The translations under genes were made by a program, and so were the position numbers. This document shows, in pieces, positions 38,093-51,220 of a DNA stretch of 64,000 bases. This DNA comes from Camelus dromedarius (lineage: Eukaryota), in assembly GCF_036321535.1 (NCBI RefSeq), contig NC_087472.1, positions 100,380,001-100,444,000 on the forward strand, given 5' to 3'. The notes under the pieces are model-generated. The model had not been told where the DNA came from. It ran no database searches and was given only the letters and a program-made list of their open reading frames with translations. Positions within the stretch are counted from its first letter, which is position 1. Each line of letters begins with the position of its first letter.

Positions 38093-39084
38093 TTCTAATA
38101 CATCCCTTTCTATAGATGTGAAGCTAGAAGCCCAGAAAGGGGAGGTAACTTGCTACAGTTCACAAAACTAGTTAGAGGTGGCTCCAGACCCTCTTAGTAA
38201 TCCAAGAGCTGTGGGGTTTGAGAAAGGAGGGCCACTTGGAGTTTTGAGGGAAGTAACACATGGATTGGCAAATAGAAGGGGGAAAAATATTTTGGGTCAA
38301 ATAATACAGTACGGTTGGAAACACTTGCTGTGTGTTTCCACAGGAGTTTAGAGAATATTTTACTCATCTTGGCTCCCCAGCTGAGCCAACAACAATGTGT
38401 TAAAGCTCCATAGCCAATGGCAGGAATCCAGGAGAGCCCTTTTTATGTGCCAGCAGAGAGGAATTTCTTAGAAAAGCTACAGAAATTATGCTATCACATT
38501 TCGCTTTGTGGAGCGAAGGCATAAAGAGGATGAAACAAAAAGCGGGGGACTTCACTTATTCCCAAGTCCCACCTCTCCAGGTGGGAGAATGGGATTTTAT
38601 TGTTGTTCTGGCCGGGGCAGAAGTTCCCCAGAGGGAAACTGGGCACCTAACCTGGTGACTTGGAGTATAACTTGCGTTTTTTGAACTTTTTTTTCAGGTG
38701 GAGGGAGAGAGGAGTAGTGTTCCAGAGTGTCCCTGGAAACTCTATTTAGTAGCTTGCTTTCCGATGATTTGCCCAGCCTGCCCTGGAGACGTGGTCCATC
38801 CACAGGCAAACCTAACAGAAGAAAGGCCCTGGCACCAATATTTATGAAGCCTTCTCTTAGTCTCTCCTCCTCTTGAGTGTATGGAGTGGCATAGGAGGGA
38901 GCAGAGCTAAGGCTCAAGGGAAAGTTCTGGCACTACCAATTTTAGAGAGTACAAATTTTTAATAGTCAATATATACTTTTCCTTTGGTATATCTACTCAG
39001 GCAAGGCCAGTACCCCCCCAGGAAGGTACCTGGTAGAAAAACAAAAGCATCACCTCCTCTCATATAAATCCGTGATTACACATT

Positions 39085-40430
39085 CATTCAGTCATCAGTT
39101 ACTTACTGAATACCAACTATGTGTCAGGCACAGGTCTAGGACTGGGGACACAGCAGCCACAAAAATAGTAACAACAACAACAACAACAGAATCCTTGCCC
39201 TTATGGAATTTATGGGACTTTTTATCTTTTTGGGGTGACAGACAATAAACAAAACAAGTAAGCGATATAAGTTGGTTGGCAGTTAGTGCTATGGAGAAAA
39301 AATAAAACAAGGAAAGAGTAGAGAGAGACAGTTGGTGAAGAAGGAAGTTTGAAAATATAAATAATTAGGGCAATCAGGGAAGGCCTCACTGAAATCCAGT
39401 GTGATCTTGGTCATCAACCCTCAAGAAAAATCTCTTGAAGCCGGAAAAGACCCTGAGAAAGAGACTCAAACAACTGATCAAGAAACAACTACTGATGCCT
39501 ACTATGATGAGTGCTCATTAAACGTTCATATGCTTTCCTCCATTTCCCAGCCTTCCCTGCAGGTAGTTTGGAGCCATAGGACTAGTATCGGCCAACTGAT
39601 TGTGAGCCGAAGTGATATGTATCATTTCCGAGCTGAGGCATTTATAGGCCTAGATGCCTCCTTTCCCCTTATCTTGCCTGCCTTGGCCTTCTTGGAGGCA
39701 CATGTGCCTTTAAGATGGAGATGGGTATCCTGTCTTGCCTCTGACTCCTTGCGAGGGAGAAATACACCTTTGTGAAGTTAAGCCATTGAATTTTAGGGTT
39801 GTCACTGCAGCCTAGCCTGACTTTATTTGACAAATACATTTACTAGACCTGGATTCAGTGGTGAACACTGTAGGGAAAAAAGGAAGCAACAGGGTTTACC
39901 TTCAAGGAAGTTATATTCTAGTTGAAGACGAGCACTGCAACTTAAACTCAATAGTCAAAGCCATGAATCATCAGAGCTTAATGAATGGTGCAGACGATGA
40001 GGGTTTTGGGAATTGAAGCTGCTGGCATCCCAGGGTTGGCAAATAACTATAGAATCCATAGAGGAGAGGACAGAGGAGGCTTTGAAATAGATGTAGATTT
40101 TGAACTTGCCCTTGAAAGAAGTGTAAGATTCCAAGAGGTAGAGGACAGGGTAGGACAGTTTAGATGAAGAGGAGATCAAATGCCAAGATAAAGCCCTGAG
40201 AATGGACAAGGCACATTCTAGGCAGAGCGTGCAGGGATTCACATGGGGGACTAGGTTGAAGAAAGATCCCAAAGGGATATGAATGAGCTGGATTCTGAGC
40301 TGGATTCCATAGCTGATAGGGAGTGCTATGGGCTAGTCTAAGAAACCAGTTGGGTTACTCACAATTGAGATACATAGGAACCTGTTAGGAAGTTACTGCA
40401 GCATGTAGCTATGGGGGAGTCAGGGCCTGA
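39085..40430 (-). mobile_element. L2 fragments with a nested MLT1 LTR (~39500-39835)
   Basis: cattcattcagtc...ctatgtgtcaggcac (reverse L2 tail); MLT1 catttcccagccttccctgcagg...gttaagccattga. Confidence 0.7.
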
Positions 40431-40462
40431 ACCACTGTGGAGATAATCTGATGCGTCTTTCC

Positions 40463-40665
40463 CAGTGGTTCTCTTAAGTGTGGTTCCCAGGTTAACAACA
40501 TCAGCATCCTTTGGGAGTTTGTTAGAAATGTACAATCAGAAAAGTAAATTCTCAGCCCCCACCCAAGACTACTGAATCAGAAACTCTGGGGCTGGGGCCC
40601 TGCAACTTGTATTCTAATAAGCCCTCCTGGTGATTCTGACCGCAGACTTATATTTGAGAACCACT
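40463..40665. mobile_element. MER5A MITE
   Basis: cagtggttctc...gttagaaatg...tactgaatcagaaactctgggg...tttgagaaccact. Confidence 0.85.
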
Positions 40666-40689
40666 TGTCCTCATCAATCATGTTAATCA

Positions 40690-41115
40690 CACTCCCTCTT
40701 GATAATGATTGGTTCCTGAATCCAGGCTTAAGCCAATCAGTGTCTGGCATTTGCCTGGTATCAGAACTGGTCTAGAGGTAGTCATGTGACCTAAGTTGGC
40801 ACAAATCAGACTGAAGAGAAGGCTATTTAGCCTCAGTTGAAGGAAGGTTTTTTTCCTCTCCTAACCCTTCCAGGACCCTGCTCCTTCCCTTACCCCTTTT
40901 GATGACACAAATGAGGTACCCTGTTGCCGTGTTTGCTGCTGACTGTCAGCATATGATCCTGAGGGAAACCAGGCTGAGGGCAGAGATGAAAGGATCATGG
41001 TGAAAAGGGGCCAGAATTCTTGCACTCTGCCTGTTCTCTGAAATAACACGTTTCCTTATGATTTCAGCCAGTTGGATTTGTAGTTTCTTGTACTTATAGC
41101 CAAAAATGTTATAAC
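40690..41115 (+). mobile_element. old MLT1 LTR
   Basis: gtcatgtgacctaagttggc...cagccagttggatttgtagtttcttgtacttatagccaaaa. Confidence 0.6.
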
Positions 41116-41349
41116 TACAAGTAAGACCAAGGAAGTATGGGGCCAATGGGCATACCAAAAATATTCTAGTATGATGAAGGATGTGTTTAGTTAACAGGCT
41201 TTTTTTTTTTCACCAAGTTCCCAAGCGCTAGACCCAGCTAGAATAACTGTGACAACTTGGGAAAAACAACTTAGGACAAATAAAATGGAGGATTACTTCA
41301 TCAGTGGTCCCCAAGTAGTGAATTGGCTAAAAATACACAATTTTTTTTA

Positions 41350-41815
41350 AAGGGAGGGTGACTTAAGGCATCTTCTTAGGTGAAATGAAAAAAACAGAGT
41401 CATACACATGATGAGCCTGGAATATATCATGGTCCCAGCAAGTAAGAAAGTGCTCAGTAAAGGACCTGACACAGGAGCCAACCTGAAAGAGCTTCCAATG
41501 ACTGAAGCCAAGACAATCTGACAGCAAAATACATAATGATAGCATTGGATCATAAACCAAAGACTCAAATAATTACCCATGAGTCCATACTGATATAAAT
41601 AGATAATTGAATAAGTAAAGAAATGGGAGGGAAGATATAGCTCTTCCCTATAGAATAGTTCCAATGAACAGAAGGAATGAGAGAAGAAGTGGAAAAGCAC
41701 CATTAGAACACCACAGTAATCATTGCTGCAGACGTGATCCACAGATGCTAAAATCAATGGAAGAGGGTTTGAAGAGAAACAGGATATTTGTATAGTCTCA
41801 AAGTATTTTCCCCGA
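41350..41815 (+). mobile_element. L1MC-like 3' fragment
   Basis: ggagccaacctgaaagagcttccaatg...ccatgagtccatactgatataaat. Confidence 0.75.
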
Positions 41816-42729
41816 GGGAGAAAATGAACATATAAGACAAACTAGGGTGTTTTAGGGGTGTGTCTGTCCAGAGTTTCCCCTGAAATATGCCCTGTGGTTT
41901 CAGAGACAGGTAAACCAAGAAATTCGGTTTAAAATTGCATAGCCAGGATTTCATGGGTTCCTCCAAGAAACAAGAAGCCATCGTTATTCAGAGACCTTCA
42001 ATTAGGATTGAGCTGGATGTGGCCTGGCCCAGAGTTGTCCCTCGTGCCACTGCCGAAAACCCAGTGGGTTCATCTTCCTCCCCCGAGTCTCTACCCCAAC
42101 CCCAAGGCCCTGTGATTGCTCCCTGCAGGCAGGGTGACAGTGAGTTACACAAGCTAATGCCAGCATGCAGATCTACTGGGATGCATTTCATTTCCTCTGG
42201 AGTCTCTGGTTATTTGTGTTGGCACGGGGCCATGCTCAGTTCCTCCCACATTGGAACGCATTCTCTGAAAGGGCTAGTGCACCATCCTCATCTTGGTCGA
42301 GGCCAGAGTCTGGTTTCATTTTTCATTAAACTGCCATTTGTAGCTTTCATCAACTAGAATGACAACATGTCCAACTGTCTTCATTCAGTACTTTAACAAG
42401 AGAGCCTTTTTGCCTCTCATGAGAGTGTGTGATTTACTTATCTCCCCCATTGTGCAATAGGTTCATCACCATTACAACTAGCGTAATGTTCTGGAGAAAA
42501 ATTTTGCTGTCTCACACGATGACTTCACTCACATCGGCAGTGATTGGTTTCTCACTTAGAGCCACCAAAGTCTACCGGAGAGGATGGGATCACATCACCA
42601 GAGACTTCTCTGGTTTGATTGTGAGTACCTGGAGGGCTGGGATCACTTCTTGCCCATCTTCATCTGCCCAGGGTCTGGCACATAGTAGGTGTGATACTCA
42701 TCAGTGCAGTTCAAGTATTTCTACCTCTC

Positions 42730-43085
42730 CACTTCCTGGGTCCTTGTAGGGCTGCATTTCCTGGCCCCCTGTGCCAGGATGCAGCTATGTGAACAGTTCC
42801 AGCTGCTGAGTTGGGAGCAGAAGTGTTGCACATCCCTTCTGGGCTGGAGCATTTAAATACTTGTGGTCCAGATCTCTCTTTTCCTCCTAGCTCAGCAACC
42901 AGCAATGTTTGAGAAGGTGGCTACTCAGTCAGGCTGGGTCCCTGAGTGACTGCAAGCAGTAAAGCTCCCCCTTCAAACCTATAATGAACATGTAGTGTAA
43001 GACATAAACGTTTGTTGCATTAACCATAGAGATCTTGAGAGCTGTTTGGCACTGCAGCATAACCTAGGCTATCCTCGCTGATATT
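42730..43085 (+). mobile_element. MLT1(I/J)-like LTR
   Basis: ctgggtccctgagtgact...gaacatgtagtg...actgcagcataacctaggctatcct. Confidence 0.7.
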
Positions 43086-43559
43086 GTAGGCATAAAAATA
43101 ATTGTTTGTTGAATGAATGAATGGCTTAAACCAGAAAGGACTTCTGAGCAGTAGCGCCAAAATTTCTATAAAGGAATAGCTTAGTCATCTACTTACAGTT
43201 GTGTGGGAAGTGGGGGCCTTGTTGGCTAGGGGTCTTTTCTTGTTTCTTTTTTTTTTTTTGTATAGTACACAATGATTTTTGTTAAATGCCTTTTATTTAG
43301 GGTGTTGGAGTGTTGATGGAGATTATGGGGGCCTAAAACACCCCAACCCAACCCTTGGCACTATCACTGGAGTTTAGATTGACCTCATCACCCCCTATGT
43401 AGTTTATAAATGGGGAAACTGAGACCCAGACTCAGTATAGTCTAAGTGACTGCACTGATTAGTGAATGGCAAAACTGGTAGACCGCAAACCCCTCATTTC
43501 CTGCTTCTGTATCTGGTGCTTTTGCCATCCCAACATTCCCCCTTTCATACTCGGGCGTT

Positions 43560-43760
43560 AAGAACATAGGAGGTTGAGTCACACTCTGCCTGATTCCAGT
43601 CCTGGCTCTACCACTTCCTAGCCATGGATCTTGGGAGAAGCTTTAACCTCTCTGGGCCTCAGTTTCCTCAACTGCAATCGGCAGTGCGTTGCCATGAAGA
43701 TTTAGTAACAAAGCATAAATTATGTAAAAACCTAGCATGTTGATCATCATCATCATCATC
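43560..43760 (+). mobile_element. MIR SINE
   Basis: cctggctctaccacttcctagc...ttaacctctctgggcctcagtttcctca. Confidence 0.8.
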
Positions 43761-44415
43761 ATTCTAGTTCCTCATCCCACTGTTTTGACTTGCACCCAAG
43801 TCCCATGTTGTATTGTGCTCATTTCCCTTGGAAAATAATCAATCTGTTTGAGACCATTGTGTGGTATAGTTAAAGACTATTTGGCCACAGGTAAAGTTGT
43901 ATTTCAAGTTCTAGGGAGAGAGCTGGGCCCTGAGCACTGGTGAGCTGTCCTCCTCTGCCTCCTCTCTTTGCTGAGAGCCCACATGAAGTGGTCCACCAGT
44001 GGGAGGGGGCAACGAGACAAGGACTTCTTGTTTCCCCACTCAGTCTCTGCCATGTTTCCTGACCAACCAATGTCTGGGGGTCAGACTATCACTGGCTCAA
44101 AGACTCTGTGGGGCAAGAGCCAAAATCGCCCACTCTCCCGTTGATGGGACATCAGCCCATGGGCCGTGGATGAACATCTAACCCCAAACCCTGAGCGCCC
44201 ACAGCCTTCCTTCGTGTCACCAGACAGGGCTTGCATAGGAAGGGCCCCCTCTCATGGAAAAGGCAGAGAGCCCCAGGGCTGGAGGCCTGGGGCCCCCTCT
44301 TCAGTCTCAGCCTCTTTCCTCTTCTGCTGGGGCTGACGGCAGAGTTATGCAGACCTGAGAGTGTGTGTCAAGGAGAATGAAAGTTTGGTTGGAAGTGCAT
44401 CAAAATAGGAATTTA

Positions 44416-44565
44416 TTTTTATTATAAAGGGACTGAAATGATCCCTTTATTTATTTTTTGGGGGGTGGGGGAGGGCTAATTAGGTTTATTTATTTATTTT
44501 AATGGAGGTACTGGGGATTGAACCCAGGATCTCATGCATGCTAAGCATGCACTCTACCACTGAGC
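44416..44565 (-). mobile_element. tRNA-derived SINE (Vic-1-like), 5'-truncated, with extra 3' segment
   Basis: gtactggggattgaacccagg...ctaccactgagc; TSD (c)aaaataggaattta at 44401 and 44565. Confidence 0.9.
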
Positions 44566-44739
44566 AAAATAGGAATTTAAAGTTTTAGGCTAAGCAGTAT
44601 CTCATTTGTGTTTTTTAGATATATTTCCTCAAAGTGACTTTTTTTTTTTTTTAACAGCAAGTTTGTTTAAAGGAAAAGCATACTTATTCTGGTATCACTT
44701 CAGAAATTCAAGTAACTTCATATGAGCTATACATATTTT

Positions 44740-45310
44740 AAATTTTTATTGAAGCAAAACATACATAGAGGAAAGTACACATATTGTAGGTAAGCAGCTC
44801 AGTGAATTTTCACAAACTTAATAGATCCATATAAGTAGCAGCCAGATCTGTACCCCATAAATCCTTCTTATCATTCTTGTAACTCCCTCCAGTCATCAGC
44901 TCCCCAGTGACCACCTTCCTGACTTCTAACTTCATAGATTGGTTTTGCCTGTTTTATACTTTGTATGAACAGGATCATATAGTGTACGCTTTTGTGTCTG
45001 ACTTCACTCACTCAGTATTGTTTATGAGGTCCATCTACACTCAGTGTAGCAGTGGTTTGTGCATTCTCTTTGCTGTCTGGTATTCCATTTTGAGACTATT
45101 ATCACTGCAATGTTTTCCAATCCATTCTACTGTTGATGGACGTTCGGGGAGCTTCCAGTCTGCGGCTATTGCAAATCCATGGCTATGAACATTCTTGTTC
45201 CTATCGTCTGGCAAACATATGCACTCGTTTCTGTTGAGTATATACCTAGAAAGGGAATTGGGACATCGGGTAGTTGTGTGCTCAGTTTTAATAGAGTCTG
45301 CCAAACAGCA
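44740..45310 (-). mobile_element. old L1 (L1ME/MD-like) 3' fragment
   Basis: agctcagtgaatttttcacaaact...ccattctactgttgatggac...tatatacctaga. Confidence 0.75.
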
Positions 45311-46249
45311 GTGTATGAGATTTCTGGTGGCTCTGCACAGTATGAAGTCTATTTTCTAACATATGCAAGTGAATGCAAATGGAAACAATTGAACCCTTTG
45401 GGATAGCATTCAATCTGTTTATTAAAATATACTGTTTCCCCCCTCATCATGATTCTGCCTCCAACTTGTTATATAACCTGGATGAGCTTCCTGACCTCCA
45501 CTCCCGCTTAATCCAGTCAGAAGTCTCTCTGAAAACACTTTCCATTCATTTATCCACCTAGAATGTTGTGAGTGTTAATAATTTGATGTTTGCAAAACAA
45601 AATCAATCCCTCCTGCAATGCGGGCTATATATTTCACAAGTGTTGTGTCTAATAGTCACGGGCGTGCTCTGCAGGTCTGGACTTTATAGACATCCTATCC
45701 AGAGCTCTAAATGCAATTCAGAATCTAGAATTTTGTTTTGGTTGTAAAGAAAAATGGAATATTCTGTAGGTTTTTAAAGTGAGAAAGCATTTTTCAAATA
45801 TAGGAGTTATTTGACTACAAAGAGGAGGGCCAGAGAGGGTAGTGGGATGGGGAGTGTAAAAGGGGCCAGAGAGGGAATTCAGAGCGCTCCCCCATCTCTA
45901 CAACTAATTCTTATTGTAGGACCGAGCTAAGTTCCCCTAGGCCTCTGTTTTCCCATCTGTAACATTGGGTACTTCCACAAGCTAGTTAGGTGACCTGTAA
46001 ATCCTATCCAGATATAGTTTTTATTTTAGAATGTGCAGAGGAAGGAGTTGTGATAGACAGAAAAGGTAGAGCGGACCTGGGACAACTCACTTCAAATAAC
46101 CACTCCCCATCGCCTCCAGCAGGCAGTGCTATGGGGATCCCAGTTTCTAGGTATCTGGTGTAACATGCTCTTCATCAGGTAACCAGGACCTTTTCCTTTT
46201 ACCGATCTCTCCAAATCACTCTCCAAGCGGTATGACCTCTGCATCAGGG

Positions 46250-47500
46250 ATATTGCGGCAGAGGGACGACCTCGGGGTTCCCACCCATCACAGTGCACCG
46301 TGTTGAAAGTGGTGGGACAGACATTTGGGTACCAGGGCGACCCCTAAATATGAGCGGCAGGGTCTGGAGATTGGGGTGCCTGAGGAGCGCGCCCAAGCGG
46401 ACGCGGGGCATGCGAGGGTCTCGTGGTGCAGGGAATTCCAGAAACGCCGCAGGGCCCTCGTTAGGCTGTGGTGGGCTGCCTAGCCAGCGGCCCCCACTCC
46501 TCTCCCCGCCCCCCAGCCTGGAGCTCCCTGCCGGGCTTCGGGCTGCCGCGCCGCTCGCTCACTCACACAGCCTCCTCCCTCCGTGCCCCGCCCGCTCTCC
46601 ACCTCCGCGCCCAGCCTCGCCGCCGCCGAGCGCCGGACGCGCCACGCCGCGCTGGGCAGCTGGAGAGCAGGCGGGCGAGCGGTCCGGGAGCGGCGGGGGC
46701 GGTGCCCAGCCCGCGGGAGGGAGGAGGAGGGACGCGGCCCGAGGGAAAGGGAAAAAGGAGGGCTGGAGGGCGCCAGCAGCCAGCCCGTCGGCGGGGACCC
46801 TCAGGTAAGCGCGGGGCGCCGGGATGGGTCTGTCTCCTTGTGTTCCCGAGACCCGGCTGGGGAGCCGGCGACAGGCGCGGGAGGCTCGGGCTCTGCCTGG
46901 ATCTGAAGTGCGACGGGACGGCGGGGCGAACGCTCTCTCTGCCTGACTGCGGCTCTGAGCCGGGGCCCGGGGCCGTCCTGAAAGGCGGAGGTAGGGGGCC
47001 GAGCTCCGGCGGCCGGCACCCCGTCAGTGGGAGAGTGCGCGCCGTGGGAAAGGGGGCTCGGGCGACGCGTCCTCAGGGCCGGGGGTGGGGGGGGCGTGTG
47101 TATCCAAAGGCTTCAAACAGACTCCAACTCTCCCCACCCCTCCGCGTAAAGAAGCCATGAGCCTTGTTCGCGCGGGCTGTCTCCGAGACTCTACTTGCGG
47201 GGCCTCAGTTTGCGGCGCCACGCGGTGGGTGCGGCGTAGCCTGCGTAGCGCGAACGCGCCCCGGGCCCCGGACGGCTTGGCGCAGCAGCGTCTGGCGGGA
47301 CCCAGAGCAGGTGGCTGCCGGCGCGGCGGGATGGAGCGTCAGCCAGGAACCTGAGGGTGAGCAATGGGAAAGGAGGAGGCTGGAGGTCTTGGGTGACCGC
47401 CTTTCGACAGGGACTTGCCGTTTCGAGGCTCCGGAGCTATTTGTTTCAGGTGAGGAGAAGGAGCGCTGACCCGCCCGATGAGGCAGGCGGCAGAGATTTT
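46250..47500 (+). promoter_or_regulatory. CpG-island promoter
   Basis: Abrupt rise in GC and CpG density against CpG-depleted flanks; GC boxes ccccgccccc (46504) and gccccgccc (46585). Confidence 0.92.
46560..46804 (+). other. putative non-coding first exon of an unidentified gene (5' end approximate)
   Basis: Lies in the CpG island downstream of GC boxes; contains no ATG; ends in strong donor CAG|GTAAGC (GT at 46805). Confidence 0.7.
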
Positions 47501-47539
47501 CCGTGGCTGCTTCAACAGTGACACTTCTTTGTGTGTACT

Positions 47540-47680
47540 GTCCACACGAATACCCTGGGTATCTTGTTAAAATACAGATTCTGATTCAGCAGATCTGGGG
47601 TGGAGCCCGACAGTCTGCATTTCTAACAAGCCCCCAGATGCTGTTGCTGGTCTGTGGACCACACTTTACATGGCAGGCCC
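47540..47680. mobile_element. MER5B-like MITE
   Basis: atcttgttaaaatacagattctgattcagcagatctgggg...ctgcatttctaacaagc...ggaccacacttt. Confidence 0.8.
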
Positions 47681-47879
47681 TGCAGAAGTACTTTTTGTCC
47701 AACAGGCTGAAAATCTTAGGAAAACTGGGACATTGGGAGAGGAGGTCCTAAGACTTTACAGTCCCACCTCCATTCCAAACACAGACATGAAAACGATTGC
47801 TACTCATTTAGTAGCAAAATGCTTTACTTTTCTTACTGGGTTACCAAGCCAAATACTTTATCATCAGATCTGTAGATAG

Positions 47880-48017
47880 TAGAGCCGACTTCATGGGTGT
47901 GCAACCTATATTTGGTTTAATGTTCTGTGTCGCTGTCGAAATTCTGAATAATTTTTCAAGAAGGGGCGTCGCATTTTCATTTTGCACTGGGACTCACAAA
48001 TTATGTAGCGGATCCTG
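47880..48017. mobile_element. MER91A-like hAT-Tip100 MITE
   Basis: gccgacttcatgggtgtgcaacct...gcattttcattttgcactggg...aaattatgtagcggatcctg. Confidence 0.85.
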
Positions 48018-49469
48018 TCTAATATCACCATAGGCAGAAAAAGGACCCATTTCTTTGGTCAGAGTTGGGTGATGGAGAGTGAAGGTTTATTAAGCAAAGA
48101 CTAGCTAGATGTTGCAGTTCTTTCTGTCTTTCTCAGCTTCTCTTCAGCTATTTTAAGAGATAAGCTTATGAGTATAATCTCAGTTATACATGGTATGCCA
48201 ATATTTATTTTTAAATTATTATTAATTTATTAAGAGCTTAATTATTAATACAGTTAAGTTTGATGTTGTAATAATTTGTGAATCGAGTTTCCAAAGGATT
48301 TGGGGAGTTTTTATTTAGTGTCTCAAAGTTTTGCTTAGTTGAGATCTAAAATGAGCTGGACATTGCTTGGTTGGCTGCTTTTACAGCTCAAATGCAAAGC
48401 TGGAAAACAAAAAGTGGCCAAATTTTGAAGCTGTTCATGGGTATTGCTTTACAGGCCTCAGTGCAACACCAGCCCCTATCGGGTTCCCTCTCCTTTTATC
48501 ATTCCCACATCCTTGCAAGGTGACTTTCACTAAAAGGGGTATAGAGAAGATTTTGCTTTCGAAAAACACCGAAGAACTGCAGGAGCAGCATCAGTGTTTT
48601 CTCCGTGAATAATTCTTGCCCCAAATCCACAGATTCCAGGTGTGTGTGCCTTTCTAGGAAAAAAAAAAGATGGTTGGAAAGGCAGAAAAGAAAGAAGTGG
48701 AACTTTAATCACTTTAATTACGGATATGATTTTGTTCAGCAGAGGGAGAAAAAGGCTGGGAAACAGCATTTCATTAGTGAGTTTGGCAGGGAAAGGAGAG
48801 CCCCTGTGTTTTTGGTACTGCGACCAGCCTTCCAGAAATGGCAAAGTGAGTTTGCTCAGGTATTAGGGAGAGCCAGTAAAGAAGCTGCTTTTCCATGGCT
48901 GGCATGGTCATACTGGGTGCTTGTGTGGCATTGTTGTGCCTGATGCTGATTTGGGACTCAGAGGGGGACATCACTACTAGTTCCTTTCGCTGCCCACTTG
49001 AAACTGACAAGCACATGTTTCCATTTTGCTGCCTGAGAATGCCAAGTCACTTTCAAGTACAAGCTACAAACTGGGAAAAGCACCATTAAATTTAAAAAGA
49101 AAGAGAAGAGTGGAGGGTGAGAAGAATGCATTTCAGTGGTGTTAATAATTCTGAAGATAAAAAGGAGAGATTCTGCCTTTAGTAAAACCTGGGAGCTGAT
49201 TTTTCTGCCTCACTGAGAAGGGCCTTCCCTACCTCAAGACTGAGAACAATTCTTCTTTTAAAATGTTTATTTTTTAAAAAATATGTGGGTCTTTAATCCA
49301 CATGGAAATTATTGGGGGGGCTTGGTGTGAGGTGGGGGGTATTGGAAGTTAAGAAATGGGATAAACATTTGGGAAAAATTATCATAAAATAAATTCCCTC
49401 AGTCAAATAAGAGTCTGAACACTCTGTTCCATTTTATAAACCTACTTAATTATTGAGCCGACTTCATGT

Positions 49470-51220
49470 TTTAAAAATTGAAGTACAGTTTATGTACAAT
49501 AACATTTACCCATTTTAGTGTACAGTTTTATAAGCTTTGACAAATATGTGTAATCATGTAAATACCACCATATCAAGATGTAGAAGTTCGTCACTCCAGA
49601 AAGTTCCTTACCCTTTGTAGTCAACCCCTCCCACCACTCTTAGCGCCTGACAACCACTGAATTGTTTTCTGTCCCTATAAATTTGTCTTTTCCAGAATGT
49701 CCTGTGAGTGGATTCATACATGATGTAGCCTTCTGAGTCTGGCTTCTTTCACCTAGCATAATGCATTTGAGATTCACCTATGTTGTGTGAATCAGTAATT
49801 TGTTCCTTTTTATTGCTGAGCAATATTCCACAGCTTGTCCATTCACCAACTTTCAGTGATTATGAATATGGCCAATATAAACGTTCACATAACGGCTTTC
49901 TGCGGGAACCTAAACTTTCATTTCACTTGAGTAAATACCCAGAAGTAGGATTGCTGTATTGTATGGTAAATTTAACTTTATAAGAAACTGCTGAACTTTT
50001 TTTTAAGTGACTACACCATTGCAGACTCCCACCTGCAATATATGAGAGGTCCCATTGCTTGGCATCCTTGCCAGCACTCGATGTTGTCACTTTATTTTAT
50101 TTCAGCCATTCTAGTAGGTTTGTGGTGGCATCTCTGTGGTCTTAGTTTGCACTTCCTTGATAACTAATATGTTGAGCATCTTTTCAGGTGCTTTTTGGTT
50201 GTTTGTATATCTTCTTTTTTGTTGTTCATTTGTTTTGGCGATGGGTCCTTAGGTTTGTTTGTTTATTTATTTAGTTAGTTAGTTAATGGAGGTACTGCAG
50301 ATTGAACCCAGGACCTCGTGCTTCCTCAGCATGTGCTCTACCACTGAGTTGTGTCCTCCCCCTCCCCTGTTTGTATATCTTCTTTTATGAAATGTCTGGG
50401 CTTTTTTTTTTTTTTGTCTCGGTTGTCTTATTATTGAATCACAAGAGTTCTTCATATAACTGCACACAAGTTCTCTGTCAGATATATGTGTTGCAAACAT
50501 TTTCTTTTAGTTTGTGGCTTGCCTCTTCACTTTCTTTATTTAAAAGAAATTGTGGTAGGAACATTTCACATGAGATTTACCCTCTTAACAAATTTTGCAA
50601 TGTACAGTACAGCATTGTGAACTGTAGGCATGATGTTGTACAGCGGATAGCTAGAACTTTCTCATCTCGCATAACTGAAACTTTATACCTTTTGAACAGC
50701 AAGTCCCCATTTCCCCCTCCCTCCAGCCCCTGGCAACATTCTATACTCTGTTTCTATGAGTTTGAGTATTTCAGTTGACTCATACCTCATATAAGTGGAA
50801 TTAATGTTTTTGAAGAGCAGAAGTTTTAAATTTTGATAAAGCCTAATTTATCAGATTTTTTCCTTCTATTGAATAGCACTTTTAGTAACCTGTTGATAAA
50901 TCTTTGTCTCACGTTTTCCAAGATTTTCTCCTGTGCTTTCTTCTAGACATTTTATAGTTTTATCTTTTATATGTAGGTTTATGACTTCATTTTGAGTTAA
51001 TTTTTGTATGAGTTAAGTTTCACTGTTTTCCATATAGTCAGTTGCTGTAACACCATTTGTTGCAAAGGCTATACTTTTCCCTCATTGTATTCCCTTGGCC
51101 CCTTTGTCAAAAATGAACTTACTGTATATATGTGGGTTTATTTTTGAACTCTCTTCTATTCCATAGATCTGTACGTCTGTCCTTATGTCAATACCACACT
51201 GTAGGTATAAAACATTCTTG
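49470..51220 (-). mobile_element. L1MB/MC-like element with nested SINE and second L1 tail (~50540-50800)
   Basis: Antisense L1 3' UTR and ORF2 motifs (caaccactgaattgttttctgtc; ttgtcaaaaatgaactt). Confidence 0.8.
50219..50367 (-). mobile_element. tRNA-derived SINE (Vic-1-like)
   Basis: gattgaacccaggacctc...ctctaccactgag; perfect 19-bp TSD tgtttgtatatcttctttt at 50200 and 50368. Confidence 0.92.

Noticed and set aside
46293..47469. Long GC-rich ORFs (171 aa, 230 aa and others)
   Set aside because: Expected stop-codon scarcity in a CpG island; P/G/R/A-rich, no recognisable domain, mostly non-ATG starts, and one runs through the splice donor.
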